From IMG/VR virus record IMGVR_UViG_3300008120_000119, positions 1 through 56,468 of that record: 56,468 nucleotides of DNA. One strand, given 5' to 3'. The notes beneath the pieces were generated by a model. That model made no database searches. It saw nothing but the letters and a program-made list of their open reading frames with translations, and was not told the DNA's origin. Shown one piece after another: positions 1 to 9,054 of the stretch (positions are counted from its first letter, which is position 1; every line of letters starts with the position of its first letter). Both the position numbers and the translations under genes were made by a program. Origin of the DNA: a virus. Its lineage: Duplodnaviria > Caudoviricetes.

Positions 1-876
1 CCACCACCGCCGCCACCTCCACCCCCAGAAGAAACCGAGGCAGAGAAGGCAGCAAAGGCAGCGGCTGCACGACGGGCTTCGGAACAGCGGCAACGTCGTC
101 AAGCTGCTCTTGGGGGCGGCCTGAGTGCGTTTTTGGCCCCTCGTCCGTCTTCCTCGGCAGAAGATACGTATGGACCATTCAACCCATTAGTAACCGGCGG
201 TCAAACTGCCAAATTTGAGGGCCCCCTACAGGATTTCCTGGAAAAAGTCGAGACCCAGTCATATACTGACGACACACCTTTCATGGCGCCAGAGGGGCAG
301 CAATCCACACCTGAAACGACAGATATGAATGCTCAACCTGCTCCAAGCTACTTTAATTACGGGAAATCCTCGGAAATCGACGACACGTTGAACGTGGCGC
401 GTGGGATCGACTCGCAGATCTCATCGATGTTTAATCCGTTCAGAGCCCCAGGCGTCGGCACGCCGATGTTTACTTTCAAGGAGGGCGGGCTGTCTACTCC
501 CATGTTTAATGAGGGTGGCACCACTCGATACGGCCGGTATGCTGGGGGCGGGCTAAATGTGGTGCATCATTCTGGCAAGCCCCGTATTGATTTCCGCGAA
601 GGCGACGCGGTGACCGGACCTGGAGACGGGCAGTCGGACGATATTCCTGCCATGCTAGCCGACGGTGAATTTGTATTCCCCGCTGACGTGGTGGCCGCTC
701 TTGGGAACGGGTCTACCAAAGCAGGCAGCGACAAGCTTTACGACATGATGCATTCGATCCGCGCACAGGCTAGATCGGCGCATCCCAAGGACTTGCCCCC
801 GCCGGCAAAGTCACCACTGGATTACTTGAAAGACAGCCCCAAGAAGGGTTCTAAAGACAGAAAGGCTAGGAGATAA
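1..876 (+). CDS. C-terminal part of a large internal virion/ejection protein (continues from the ORF at 52902); ends in a GPGxGxSDxIPAMLxDGEFV domain
   Basis: Frame 1 is open from base 1 (PPPPPPPPPEETEAEK...) to TAA at 874-876. It carries FKEGG, FNEGG and YAGGG, then GPGDGQSDDIPAMLADGEFVFPADVV, resembling the C-terminus of many tape-measure proteins. Confidence 0.75.
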   Translation, partial: PPPPPPPPPEETEAEKAAKAAAARRASEQRQRRQAALGGGLSAFLAPRPSSSAEDTYGPFNPLVTGGQTAKFEGPLQDFLEKVETQSYTDDTPFMAPEGQQSTPETTDMNAQPAPSYFNYGKSSEIDDTLNVARGIDSQISSMFNPFRAPGVGTPMFTFKEGGLSTPMFNEGGTTRYGRYAGGGLNVVHHSGKPRIDFREGDAVTGPGDGQSDDIPAMLADGEFVFPADVVAALGNGSTKAGSDKLYDMMHSIRAQARSAHPKDLPPPAKSPLDYLKDSPKKGSKDRKARR

Positions 877-878
877 CC

Positions 879-1883
879 ATGTCCATAATGCAAGGGGCGC
901 CGTTACCAGATATCACGACGACCAGAACCACCGCGGTTGCTGGTCCAGACTACTACACCGATTACCTGACCGATCTCTCCCAGGCTGGTCAGACTGCCAT
1001 GGGCCGGTCTCCGTCCGAGATGGTGGCCGGTTATGACCCCCTGCAAGATCTTGGGTACGGTCAAGTCGAGGGTGCTGCTGGCGCTTACAAGCCGGGACTG
1101 ACTGCTGCCGGCCAGACGGCCGCGACGGCTGCGGGTGGTATCACGCCTGAGCGCATTACGTCTTTTATGAACCCCTACACGCAGAACGTCGTCGATGAAA
1201 TGGCGCGTCTCTCGCAGCAGAACGTGCAGCGCAATGTGCTGCCAATGCTGAAGGCTGGGTTCGTTGGTGGCGGTGGCCTGGGCAGCCGGCGGTACGCTGG
1301 AGCCCTTGGGCAGTCCATGGCAGACATTCAGGCGGGCCTGACGGGTCAGCAGTACGGCGCCCTCTCAAAAGGTTATAGCGAGGCTCTGAAGGCCGCCATT
1401 GACGAGGGTAGCCTGCTGAATCAAGCAGCTCGCACGCAGGCTGATATCGCCGGTAAAGAGCAAGAGCTCGGGCTGACCGGATCTGGTGCGCTTACTAAGG
1501 CCGGAGCAGAGCGGCAAGCTTACGAGCAGAGCATCCTCGACGCGCCCCTTAAAACGGCCACCACGGCCAACGCTCTGCTGCGTGGGTTCACCATACCGAC
1601 CACGCAAACGGAGACGACGGTGGGTCCGAGAGGCCGTGATTATTACCAGCAATCCGACCTACAAAATGTTCTCGGAATTATTTCTCTGCTTGGTGCGGCT
1701 CGTGGCGGTACGTCTGGCGAGGGTGGAACTGCTCTTGGTACGGGGTTAAAGAGCGTATACGACTGGGTTAAAGATTCGTTTGGTGGAGCGATTCCTGGCG
1801 GCATGAGTGAAGATGCTTTTGACGAAATACTTCGTAACGAAGGTTTCAACCCGGTTGACGACGATTACTACAGTCCTTTCTAA
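879..1883 (+). CDS. Putative ejection (DNA pilot-like) virion protein
   Basis: 334 aa, Gln/Ala/Gly-rich, with an FMNPYTQNVVD motif common in podovirus internal proteins; position after the tail genes. Confidence 0.6.
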   Translation: MSIMQGAPLPDITTTRTTAVAGPDYYTDYLTDLSQAGQTAMGRSPSEMVAGYDPLQDLGYGQVEGAAGAYKPGLTAAGQTAATAAGGITPERITSFMNPYTQNVVDEMARLSQQNVQRNVLPMLKAGFVGGGGLGSRRYAGALGQSMADIQAGLTGQQYGALSKGYSEALKAAIDEGSLLNQAARTQADIAGKEQELGLTGSGALTKAGAERQAYEQSILDAPLKTATTANALLRGFTIPTTQTETTVGPRGRDYYQQSDLQNVLGIISLLGAARGGTSGEGGTALGTGLKSVYDWVKDSFGGAIPGGMSEDAFDEILRNEGFNPVDDDYYSPF

Positions 1884-1894
1884 ACGGTTAAATC

Positions 1895-3760
1895 ATGGCT
1901 ACGCAACAATCTAAAGGCGCTTTAGCGGGGTTCTTGCCGGAGGTGTCGCCGGAGGCGGCGGAAGCCAACCGACGCTACATAGAGGCTCAGCGCAAGCTCG
2001 CAGAGACGCTCGACGTCCGCAAGAACAGAACCTTCGATCCAATGTGGCTGGCGGCCGCTAAGGGCTTTCTGGCACCCACTGGAAGCGGTAGCGCTTTTGA
2101 GGCCTTCGGTCGTGTCGCAGAGAACCTTGGTGCCGCTCAAGAGAAAGAGCAGGAGCTAGCCAAGACCATTGCTAGTCAAGAGCTTGAGCTTGCTGGTGCA
2201 GAGCTAGGCAGGGAAAGAATGCGTCAGCTAGATCGTGTTTACGAACAAATGCGTAAGCGCGGTGATGGGGGGCAAACGACTCTTGCTACCGGACCGGCCG
2301 GGGCGCTTCCCGTCGCAGCGGATTCTAAACCTGCTCTGCCGCCGTCTGTCGTTCGCAAGCCTACTGCACCGACTTCTGGTGGTGCGCTCCCCGCTGTTCA
2401 AGCGCAGGCTCAAGGCGCGTTGCCTGACGCCACTAAACACATGTTTGGACCAACAGTTCCTATGGGGCCACCCAACCCCACTTTTGTGACGGGTGATGAA
2501 TACATGATGATTGCCCAGCAACAGGGAAGAGACCCGCTTGAGGCAGTGCAGAAAGCTAATGAACTAGATCGTCAGCGTTTTGAGGTTAAAGATGACGGTG
2601 TTTTTGATAGGCAATTAAATACTTGGTCTCCCTTCTTTAAAGGTCAAGAAAAACATCAATTTGCCTATTCAGGCAGAAGCCTAGACATACCGTCGCAAGA
2701 CGCGTTTGAACTTAATCGCGCTCTGTCAAGGAATGATTGGCCGACGTACTGGCAAATTGCTAAAAAGTACGGCATCAACCCTCCAGAAGGCGCACCTCGC
2801 ACTATTGGAGCTACTGCTGGCGCTCCTGCCGGAGGCGGAGCCGCTGAACCTGCTGGTGCACCCGGTGCTCGTGCATCAACATCAGGCACTCCCGCACAAC
2901 CAGCTTTCCGCACAGAAACTGAGATGGAGGCGGACAGAGCGGCGCTTATTGAATATTCTAAAAACGTTGGAAAGAATGCCGCAGATGCGGAAGCAGCCCT
3001 TCCAAAAGATCGCGACAATGCTGCATTAATGCGGCAGGTTACAAAACGAGCACAAAGATTAATAGATAGGGCTGGCGATGCTATAGGTATTTTTTCCAAT
3101 CCTACATTTGGTGATGCTATAGGCACATTAGTCGCCGAAGGAATTTCACTTGGCCCAACCGCTAGAATTTCAGTTCCTGCGGTTCGCGAAGCAGTCATTA
3201 GGATGGACCGAAATGTAACTCAAGAGCAGCTTAATGCTCGTGTTGCTTTAATGACAGAGCTTGCCAATATTGAATTGCTCTTCCGTCGCGTTTATCTATC
3301 AGGTCAGGGTGCTGTGTCTAACATGGAAGGCGAAGTTGTTGCTCGTCTTGGTGGAACTGTAGAAATGAACGCAGATGTTTTGCGTGACAAGATGAAATTT
3401 GTTCAGGCACGTTCAGATTTTGACTTAGAAAAAATAGAAGCGTGGCGTCAAGTAAAAAACAGAGATCCCAAAGCTAGATATACCGACTGGTTAAATTCTG
3501 ATCAATACAAAGAGATTGCAGATAGGTATGATCAAAAACTTGAAAGGATTGTTGACGAGTCGCCACTTTATGGTAATTCGCCTTCTTCTGCGCCTCAGCC
3601 GCCAGCAACTAAGCCGCCTGTAACTAAGCCCGCTGCCACTCCTACAGCCCCTGCCGGCGCTGCTACTCCGGCCGCTCCCCGCTCCGCTCCTTCTAGCGGA
3701 AGCTTGGCTAACGATATTCAAAAGAAGGCCAATGAGCTTCGCAAAGGGGTGCCGCAATGA
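1895..3760 (+). CDS. Putative ejection/internal virion protein
   Basis: 621 aa, helical segments with Pro/Ala linkers, GQGAVSNMEG motif; lies in the ejection-protein cluster. Confidence 0.55.
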   Translation: MATQQSKGALAGFLPEVSPEAAEANRRYIEAQRKLAETLDVRKNRTFDPMWLAAAKGFLAPTGSGSAFEAFGRVAENLGAAQEKEQELAKTIASQELELAGAELGRERMRQLDRVYEQMRKRGDGGQTTLATGPAGALPVAADSKPALPPSVVRKPTAPTSGGALPAVQAQAQGALPDATKHMFGPTVPMGPPNPTFVTGDEYMMIAQQQGRDPLEAVQKANELDRQRFEVKDDGVFDRQLNTWSPFFKGQEKHQFAYSGRSLDIPSQDAFELNRALSRNDWPTYWQIAKKYGINPPEGAPRTIGATAGAPAGGGAAEPAGAPGARASTSGTPAQPAFRTETEMEADRAALIEYSKNVGKNAADAEAALPKDRDNAALMRQVTKRAQRLIDRAGDAIGIFSNPTFGDAIGTLVAEGISLGPTARISVPAVREAVIRMDRNVTQEQLNARVALMTELANIELLFRRVYLSGQGAVSNMEGEVVARLGGTVEMNADVLRDKMKFVQARSDFDLEKIEAWRQVKNRDPKARYTDWLNSDQYKEIADRYDQKLERIVDESPLYGNSPSSAPQPPATKPPVTKPAATPTAPAGAATPAAPRSAPSSGSLANDIQKKANELRKGVPQ

Positions 3761-4947
3761 ATATTAACGAGATGACGCCAGAGCAAATTTTTCTGGCAGA
3801 AAATATTATCAAAGAGGCAAGAGCGGCTGGCGTCAATCCGGACTTTGCTTTGAGGCTTCTTTTTCAAGAAAGCCAGTTCTCTCCTGCCGCCATAGGCGAC
3901 AACCCAGAAGAGGTGTTAGAGAATATTCGCGCCTCGATGGGGATGATCAATAATTTGCGTGAATCCCTTGGCAATGATCCCGCGGCAATTGCCGCTGGGT
4001 TCTTTGCTGGTGAAGCTGGTGAACGTTTTACGGAAACGAAAGACATAAACGATTTGCCGCCTGAAGCAATTCTTATAACCTCAGATCTGCTTTCGAGCTT
4101 TGGCGGTAATGTTCCATCGGTCTTTGAATTGCCAGCAGAACTAGCTGACAACCCATTTATGTCGGAATTGCCCGAAGATTTCGGCGATCAGACAATTAGT
4201 CAACCACAGCCGACCATCAAACAAATTCAAGACCAGAAACAAATAGAGAGCGAAACGGACGCTGGCCGAGCTTATGGGGCTGGTGCTGGTGCAATGTTCT
4301 CAGCAGGCAAGGGAGCACTTGATCTTGGTTCTGCTGTTGTCAATAGGCTGAGTGGAGCTGCGAGAGCTCCTACGGGCGGTGGTGCCCTCCCAGGCCCAGG
4401 GCAAGCTCTTACTCCTGGCCAAAAATGGGCGCAGGCTGTTACGGGCGTTGTAAAACCCGGCGCTCAAACCGTTGTTGATGCTGCCTCAGACTATCGTCGA
4501 ATAATGCCCAGCGGGAAAGTCAGCAAACCTTTGGCGCAGAAGTACGGGATTAATGCTCCGTTGGATATTGCTCGCATCGCGGCTCAGAATGCTCCGCAGG
4601 GTGGGTTGCAGTCTGTTACCAACATGTTCCAGCGTATGGCTCAGACGCCGCTAGGTCAGGCGGCTGCCACAGCGGGGCGCGCTACCGCTCGATATGGGAT
4701 ACCTCCCTTAACTGTTGCCGCAGGCGGTGGAGAGCTTTTAGGTGGGATACAGGAAATGAGAAAAGACAATCCTGACCCCGTAGAGTTAGCGCTGCGTGGA
4801 CTAGGAGTTTTGGGCGCGGGAATGTCTTTATTCCCACCAACAATGGCTGTTGGGGTTCCATTGGCGCTTGGCGCTCCGTTATTGCGTGAAAACAGAAAAA
4901 AGGGGCCCGTTTTAGAGCCCCAATCCTTGGGTTTAATGGCGCCTTAA
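3757..4947 (+). CDS. Ejection protein with degenerate SLT-like N-terminal domain and hydrophobic C-terminus
   Basis: AxxxGVNPDFALRLLFQES matches SLT motif I; GLMQ is absent; AGFFAG replaces AAYNAG; ATGA overlap with the upstream gene. Confidence 0.55.
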   Translation: MNINEMTPEQIFLAENIIKEARAAGVNPDFALRLLFQESQFSPAAIGDNPEEVLENIRASMGMINNLRESLGNDPAAIAAGFFAGEAGERFTETKDINDLPPEAILITSDLLSSFGGNVPSVFELPAELADNPFMSELPEDFGDQTISQPQPTIKQIQDQKQIESETDAGRAYGAGAGAMFSAGKGALDLGSAVVNRLSGAARAPTGGGALPGPGQALTPGQKWAQAVTGVVKPGAQTVVDAASDYRRIMPSGKVSKPLAQKYGINAPLDIARIAAQNAPQGGLQSVTNMFQRMAQTPLGQAAATAGRATARYGIPPLTVAAGGGELLGGIQEMRKDNPDPVELALRGLGVLGAGMSLFPPTMAVGVPLALGAPLLRENRKKGPVLEPQSLGLMAP

Positions 4948-4964
4948 CTTCTCCACCGTTGATG

Positions 4965-5135
4965 TCACCAACGGGTTTGCCCCCCTTCGTTGGGGGGGTT
5001 TTTTTCCATGGTCGCTAAAACGAAGGCTTCGATCTTCCGGGCGAACTCCAGCACGTCCACCTCGGCGTAAAGGCCTTTCTCATCGTTATTCTCGCAGTAC
5101 ATAAAGAGCTGCTTGATATCGTCATCACTTAACAT
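4965..5135 (-). CDS. Hypothetical protein
   Basis: MLSDDDIKQLF..., 56 aa; last gene of the leftward block. Confidence 0.55.
   Translation of the reverse strand: MLSDDDIKQLFMYCENNDEKGLYAEVDVLEFARKIEAFVLATMEKNPPNEGGQTRW
4979..5005 (+). terminator. Rho-independent terminator ending the rightward late operon
   Basis: CCCCCC-TTCGTT-GGGGGGG followed by T7 at the convergence of the + and - gene blocks. Confidence 0.7.
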
Positions 5136-5331
5136 TTTTTGCTCTCCAATTTTCCCAATGCGCGATTGCCTGCCGAGCGACCGCACGCTGAGCTGCGCCC
5201 TGGTACTTAAACTCGTCTAGGCACTTCTCAATAATTAGGTGCTGGTCGAGAAAGGACTCGTGATAAGCGGCCTCCTCTTCGTCCGTGAAGACCTTCCCGT
5301 CCCTCGTTTCGTATGCAGTGATCTGTTTCAT
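5125..5331 (-). CDS. Hypothetical protein
   Basis: 68 aa with an AYETRDGKVF motif frequent in small phage proteins; overlaps both neighbours. Confidence 0.65.
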   Translation of the reverse strand: MKQITAYETRDGKVFTDEEEAAYHESFLDQHLIIEKCLDEFKYQGAAQRAVARQAIAHWENWRAKNVK

Positions 5332-6089
5332 TGGTGATTGTTCTTTGCTTGCCAGAAATTTAACAGATGGTAAAACATCTGCCAGCCCCTACGCAGATCC
5401 TCTGAGCTCCACTCCTTAACGACCACGAGCCCCTGGACCGATCGAGACACAAAGACGTTGGCGCATCGAGCGTTCTGCATCCCCAGGCCAACCCGGTACG
5501 CAGCCAACTGCATCAGGTGCTCGTCGTAGACGTCGACCTTGTCTGGGTCGGCAAACTCTTTGGTCTTGATATCCACCACGACGCTGTCGCAGTGCATGTC
5601 GACCTTGCCACCGAACCCCATCTCATGGGCGAATGACTGCTCACACTTCCAGACCTGGGGGCCGAAAGCCTGATCCACCGCGGAGCGGAATGCCTCGATG
5701 CTCTTGGTATGGTCCGGCCACTTAACCGCGCCACCTTCGTAGTAGTTCTGAATGGCGGCATGGATATCGGTACCGGCGTCCGCGGCCATACGGGACTGCT
5801 CTTTGCTGTCGTTGATGATCCGCTCGAAATACTGCTCTTCCGTCTCGGATGCGATCTTCGGCAGAGTAAGCGCAGCCAGGAGTACCTGCTTCTGCATCCA
5901 CTGCAACAGGGCCGGTTTTGCGGCCGCGTTGATGATGGTGGTCACGCTAGGTACTAGGTTGTGCTTGCGGGCATCGCGGAGCGTGGTGGGCCTATAACCG
6001 CCCTTGGCGGCCTCTATGGTGTACATGGGCTCACCCTCTCGGGTGTACCAGTGCCCCGCTTCAGTAGCGCGGATGGTGATCTCAGCCAT
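5328..6089 (-). CDS. PD-(D/E)xK exonuclease (Cas4/lambda-exo-like phage recombination nuclease)
   Basis: PSVTTI, GTDIH, GGKVD...VDIKTK and QLAAY motifs. Confidence 0.85.
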   Translation of the reverse strand: MAEITIRATEAGHWYTREGEPMYTIEAAKGGYRPTTLRDARKHNLVPSVTTIINAAAKPALLQWMQKQVLLAALTLPKIASETEEQYFERIINDSKEQSRMAADAGTDIHAAIQNYYEGGAVKWPDHTKSIEAFRSAVDQAFGPQVWKCEQSFAHEMGFGGKVDMHCDSVVVDIKTKEFADPDKVDVYDEHLMQLAAYRVGLGMQNARCANVFVSRSVQGLVVVKEWSSEDLRRGWQMFYHLLNFWQAKNNHQ

Positions 6090-6456
6090 TGTTTACCTCG
6101 ATAAGCTTGTCCAGGAAGTGACGGGCCTTCTGAAGGTCTTGCACGCCCTCCTTATCCTTCCACCGGGTCACGTACTTGATGACGTTACCCTCCAGGAACC
6201 CCAGATTATTCTGGACGATGTAGTCCCATGGCTGGATGGCCAAGGTCTTGTAGTGGCTCCCGCCCTCCTGCCGGGTGTTGGCTGCCTGAGCGGTTTCAGG
6301 CCACTTTTCCGCGGGTATGGCATATTGCGCTCGTGCTTTATACACAAGCGCCACGCTCACCTTCAGTTTTTTAGCGACGTCTCCCGCCTTTTCAGTAGTG
6401 CCGTGCTTATCAAAATAGTTTGTGATCTTTGCGATCTTTGAAATTGGTTTTCTCAT
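6082..6456 (-). CDS. DUF3310 (SaV-like) protein with N-terminal HTH-like extension
   Basis: QEGGSHY...QPWDYI...GNVIKYVTRW..KEGVQDLQKARHFLDKLIE. Confidence 0.85.
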   Translation of the reverse strand: MRKPISKIAKITNYFDKHGTTEKAGDVAKKLKVSVALVYKARAQYAIPAEKWPETAQAANTRQEGGSHYKTLAIQPWDYIVQNNLGFLEGNVIKYVTRWKDKEGVQDLQKARHFLDKLIEVNNG

Positions 6457-6463
6457 TGTTCCC

Positions 6464-6694
6464 TCACTGTTTATTGGCCCATAGTTCCATGCATGTAGCC
6501 TCAAGATCCAGGCTGGGCGGATTGGTCTTGAGTGAATCTTTCAGTCCCATGCGATAAGCCTCTACAACATTGCGCGGCATCTCTACTGCACTCGGGTCCG
6601 GCCGTGACATCAGCCGGTCATAAGCAAGCACGGTCAACAGCATCATGAGTGAGCCGAACAGCGTGCCCATCCAAAATGGTTCTTTATGCTCCAT
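6464..6694 (-). CDS. Hypothetical membrane-anchored protein
   Basis: GGAGG RBS; N-terminal hydrophobic segment FWMGTLFGSLMMLLTVLAY. Confidence 0.6.
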   Translation of the reverse strand: MEHKEPFWMGTLFGSLMMLLTVLAYDRLMSRPDPSAVEMPRNVVEAYRMGLKDSLKTNPPSLDLEATCMELWANKQ

Positions 6695-6708
6695 GAGTGC
6701 CTCCATGA

Positions 6709-7032
6709 TTAAGTGCCTTTCTTCTTGTGGGCGCATGGCCACGCCTGAGCAAAGGCAATAGTCAGTAAAGAGTCAGCAGAAAAATCTCGGATTTCGGGAT
6801 TCCGCTCCAAGTATTTTTTTGCCACGTCAAATACCTGCCCCATCGTTACACCTTGATTGATGCAATGTAGCGCTTTGTTCCCTGTATCCGCAACACCAGC
6901 AACATAGCCCATCGCATAAAGCCGTTTGTAATCTTCCGTGGCGGTTATGCTTGAGTAGAGCTCATTGCCGCTCAGAAACTGGGCCTTTGCGCTTGACGTA
7001 GCTAGCAATAACACAATCAATAATTTTTTCAT
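6709..7032 (-). CDS. Rap1a/Tai-family immunity-like periplasmic protein
   Basis: Signal peptide MKKLLIVLLLATSSAKA, then GNELY...GYVAGVAD...C...Q..DV.KKYLERNPE.R..SA..L...A...AWPC. Confidence 0.8.
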   Translation of the reverse strand: MKKLLIVLLLATSSAKAQFLSGNELYSSITATEDYKRLYAMGYVAGVADTGNKALHCINQGVTMGQVFDVAKKYLERNPEIRDFSADSLLTIAFAQAWPCAHKKKGT

Positions 7033-7231
7033 GATCCCCTCGCATGCACTTGTTGAATGGGTCGTGCCACCGTTCTTTATGGGACGACATAGTTTTATAA
7101 ACAATCGGACGCTTCCCAGGAATGCGTACAATTTTTCGTTCTAGCTCCATGTTCTTAATTCGCCACCGTGCCGCCTTATCAGATATCCGCAGCTCTTCAG
7201 CGAAGTCTTTGATGGTGAAAATCTTCGTCAT
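6962..7231 (-). CDS. Hypothetical HTH-like protein
   Basis: FTIKDFAEELRISDKAARWRI resembles a helix-turn-helix. Confidence 0.55.
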   Translation of the reverse strand: MTKIFTIKDFAEELRISDKAARWRIKNMELERKIVRIPGKRPIVYKTMSSHKERWHDPFNKCMRGDHEKIIDCVIASYVKRKGPVSERQ

Positions 7232-7539
7232 GGACCGTATACCCTGATCAGTCGGCCATGAGCCTGGGGGCGTCTCGTGTTCTGATACCCAACCACGCGC
7301 AGGCCAATGTTTTTGAACACAGCACCCATCAACGCCGGATTGGCCTCCGGAGGCAGAGGCAGGGCCTCGTGGATATCATCGCTGGATACCTCCCCGCTTT
7401 CGCGTGCGATCTTTACTGCTACAGCCCGGGCACGGGCTAACCAGTCTTGATGCTGACTGGAGACCCGCTTGATGCCCTGAGCTTGTAGATCAAGACCGAG
7501 CTGATACCCCTCAGAATGGGATGTCGTCGTCGAGGTCAC
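7228..7539 (-). CDS. Hypothetical (winged-helix-like) protein
   Basis: W...A...A......V.SDD......P..MGAVF...R..AHGR.I.V pattern common in phages. Confidence 0.6.
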   Translation of the reverse strand: MTSTTTSHSEGYQLGLDLQAQGIKRVSSQHQDWLARARAVAVKIARESGEVSSDDIHEALPLPPEANPALMGAVFKNIGLRVVGYQNTRRPQAHGRLIRVYGP

Positions 7540-8173
7540 TTAGCGCTCCCTTGCCGCTAGCTTTCGCATAGTCGGTCGCTTTCGTCTCTGTCTTGGTACC
7601 GTGGTACATCTGCCATTCTGGTGAAGACTTGATGGTCTCTTGCAGTTTCTCAGACAGGGAATTAAAAACTTCCATGTCCGGATCATCAATGTCGAATTTC
7701 ACCAGCGGGTTGATACCGTCCGGAAGGCCTCGCTCTTTGATGATCTTGGGCACCGGATTGATGTTGGCGATGTTGGTGAACTCCTTGCCATCCTTCCCCA
7801 CATTCTTAGAGACAGTGATCATTGCCCAGTGACCAAGAATGTTTTTTAGGGAGAAGCCTTGCTTTTCTTGCGGAGTGAAATCACGACCACGCCAAGATGC
7901 TAGGTCAGCTCGAAGAGTCGACTTGTCACCAATCGATAGGGTGTATCTCTTGCTGATACTCATCGGCTCTCCCTCAGATGTTTTCAAAGGGTTGCCGTTG
8001 TCGTCCTCACCATGTACCTCGAACTGCACGAGGATTTTGGGTAGGCTCTTGATCTGGCCCTGCCACTCGGTCTTCTGAGTGCCAAGATCAATGATGCGGT
8101 AGCACCGCGCCAAATGCATTCCCGGCGGGATCGGGGTAAAACTTTTGCCGCTATCAGACGCTATAAGACCCAT
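7511..8173 (-). CDS. Phage single-stranded DNA-binding protein
   Basis: GMHLARCYRIIDLGTQ motif; acidic SSB-type tail DLDDDIPF. Confidence 0.75.
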   Translation of the reverse strand: MGLIASDSGKSFTPIPPGMHLARCYRIIDLGTQKTEWQGQIKSLPKILVQFEVHGEDDNGNPLKTSEGEPMSISKRYTLSIGDKSTLRADLASWRGRDFTPQEKQGFSLKNILGHWAMITVSKNVGKDGKEFTNIANINPVPKIIKERGLPDGINPLVKFDIDDPDMEVFNSLSEKLQETIKSSPEWQMYHGTKTETKATDYAKASGKGALSDLDDDIPF

Positions 8174-8339
8174 GTTCAATTTCCTTTCGCATTGGTAGTA
8201 AAGGCCGGCGCTTAGCCAAGCCACATTCGGACCAGATGATGTTCCAGTCCTCTTGCGTCGCGATGCCCTTCTCAGCCCGTATAAGCGCTTCCTCGGTCAT
8301 CTGTTGACGCTCCTCCATCAACTGCTGCCATTCACCCAT
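8154..8339 (-). CDS. Hypothetical protein, first gene of the leftward operon
   Basis: AGGAGG RBS before ATG at 8339; MGEWQQLMEERQQM... Confidence 0.6.
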   Translation of the reverse strand: MGEWQQLMEERQQMTEEALIRAEKGIATQEDWNIIWSECGLAKRRPLLPMRKEIEHGSYSV

Positions 8340-8370
8340 GTAGACCTCCTGTCGTGGTTGAGTGCAAGGA

Positions 8371-8400
8371 GATAGTACCCCACCTATCAAAAAAGTACAA
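8371..8400 (-). promoter_or_regulatory. Leftward sigma70-type promoter with overlapping inverted repeat (candidate Cro operator)
   Basis: Minus strand reads TTGTAC-17 nt-TACTAT; GATAG-N8-CTATC (8371-8388) overlaps the -10 box. Confidence 0.55.
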
Positions 8401-8453
8401 CTTTCATTTAATTTCGTGTAACATTGTTTCACCTTAACTTAAAGGAGGGGTGT

Positions 8454-8660
8454 ATGACGTTGCAGGAGTTTTTTGCGAAGCAGCCGCGGGGTACCAAGGC
8501 GCGGATCGCTAGGGAGTGCGAGATCAGCAAGACATGGCTGAGCCTGATCCTGAGTGGGCGAAAGCCTGCTGGGGCTTGCCTAGCGATCAACCTGGAGGCG
8601 GCGACTAAAGGTGCAGTGACTAAGGCAGAAATTCGACCAGACATATGGGGAAAAGAATGA
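8454..8660 (+). CDS. Cro/YdaS-like HTH regulator
   Basis: AAGGAGG RBS; KARIARECEISKTWLSLILSGRKP...AINLEAATKGAVT..EIRPDIW. Confidence 0.8.
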   Translation: MTLQEFFAKQPRGTKARIARECEISKTWLSLILSGRKPAGACLAINLEAATKGAVTKAEIRPDIWGKE

Positions 8661-8890
8661 AACGTAACTATGGAACCTTGCAGTACGACGACAACGCGGA
8701 AGTTGGCGAGATCAAGATGAAGGTGGAGCTGCCGGCAACGGTGGTCAGCATGGACATCTTGTCTGACTGGATTCAGACCTTGCACGACGAATACTGGCGC
8801 ATCAGCGAAGAGGTCTTCCCAAAGGGCGACCAGAAGGCTTCAGAAGCGTTCAACAAATTAAATTTAAAAGTATGGACGGACCTATCATGA
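8657..8890 (+). CDS. Hypothetical protein
   Basis: ATGA-coupled ORF, 77 aa. Confidence 0.55.
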   Translation: MKRNYGTLQYDDNAEVGEIKMKVELPATVVSMDILSDWIQTLHDEYWRISEEVFPKGDQKASEAFNKLNLKVWTDLS

Positions 8891-9054
8891 ACGGATTCTT
8901 AGGGGGAGCGTTTGTGTTCTGGATGTTGGGCTCGTGGCTGACTCACGTCATCACCTGCATCAACCAGAGCGAGTGGTTTTTTCTGATTGCGGGAGCGCTG
9001 TTCTTTCCAATTGCAATCATTCACGGAACCGGTGTCTGGTTCGGGGTGTGGTGA
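8887..9054 (+). CDS. Small membrane protein
   Basis: Two hydrophobic stretches; WLTHVITC...FLIAGALFFPIAIIHG. Confidence 0.65.
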   Translation: MNGFLGGAFVFWMLGSWLTHVITCINQSEWFFLIAGALFFPIAIIHGTGVWFGVW

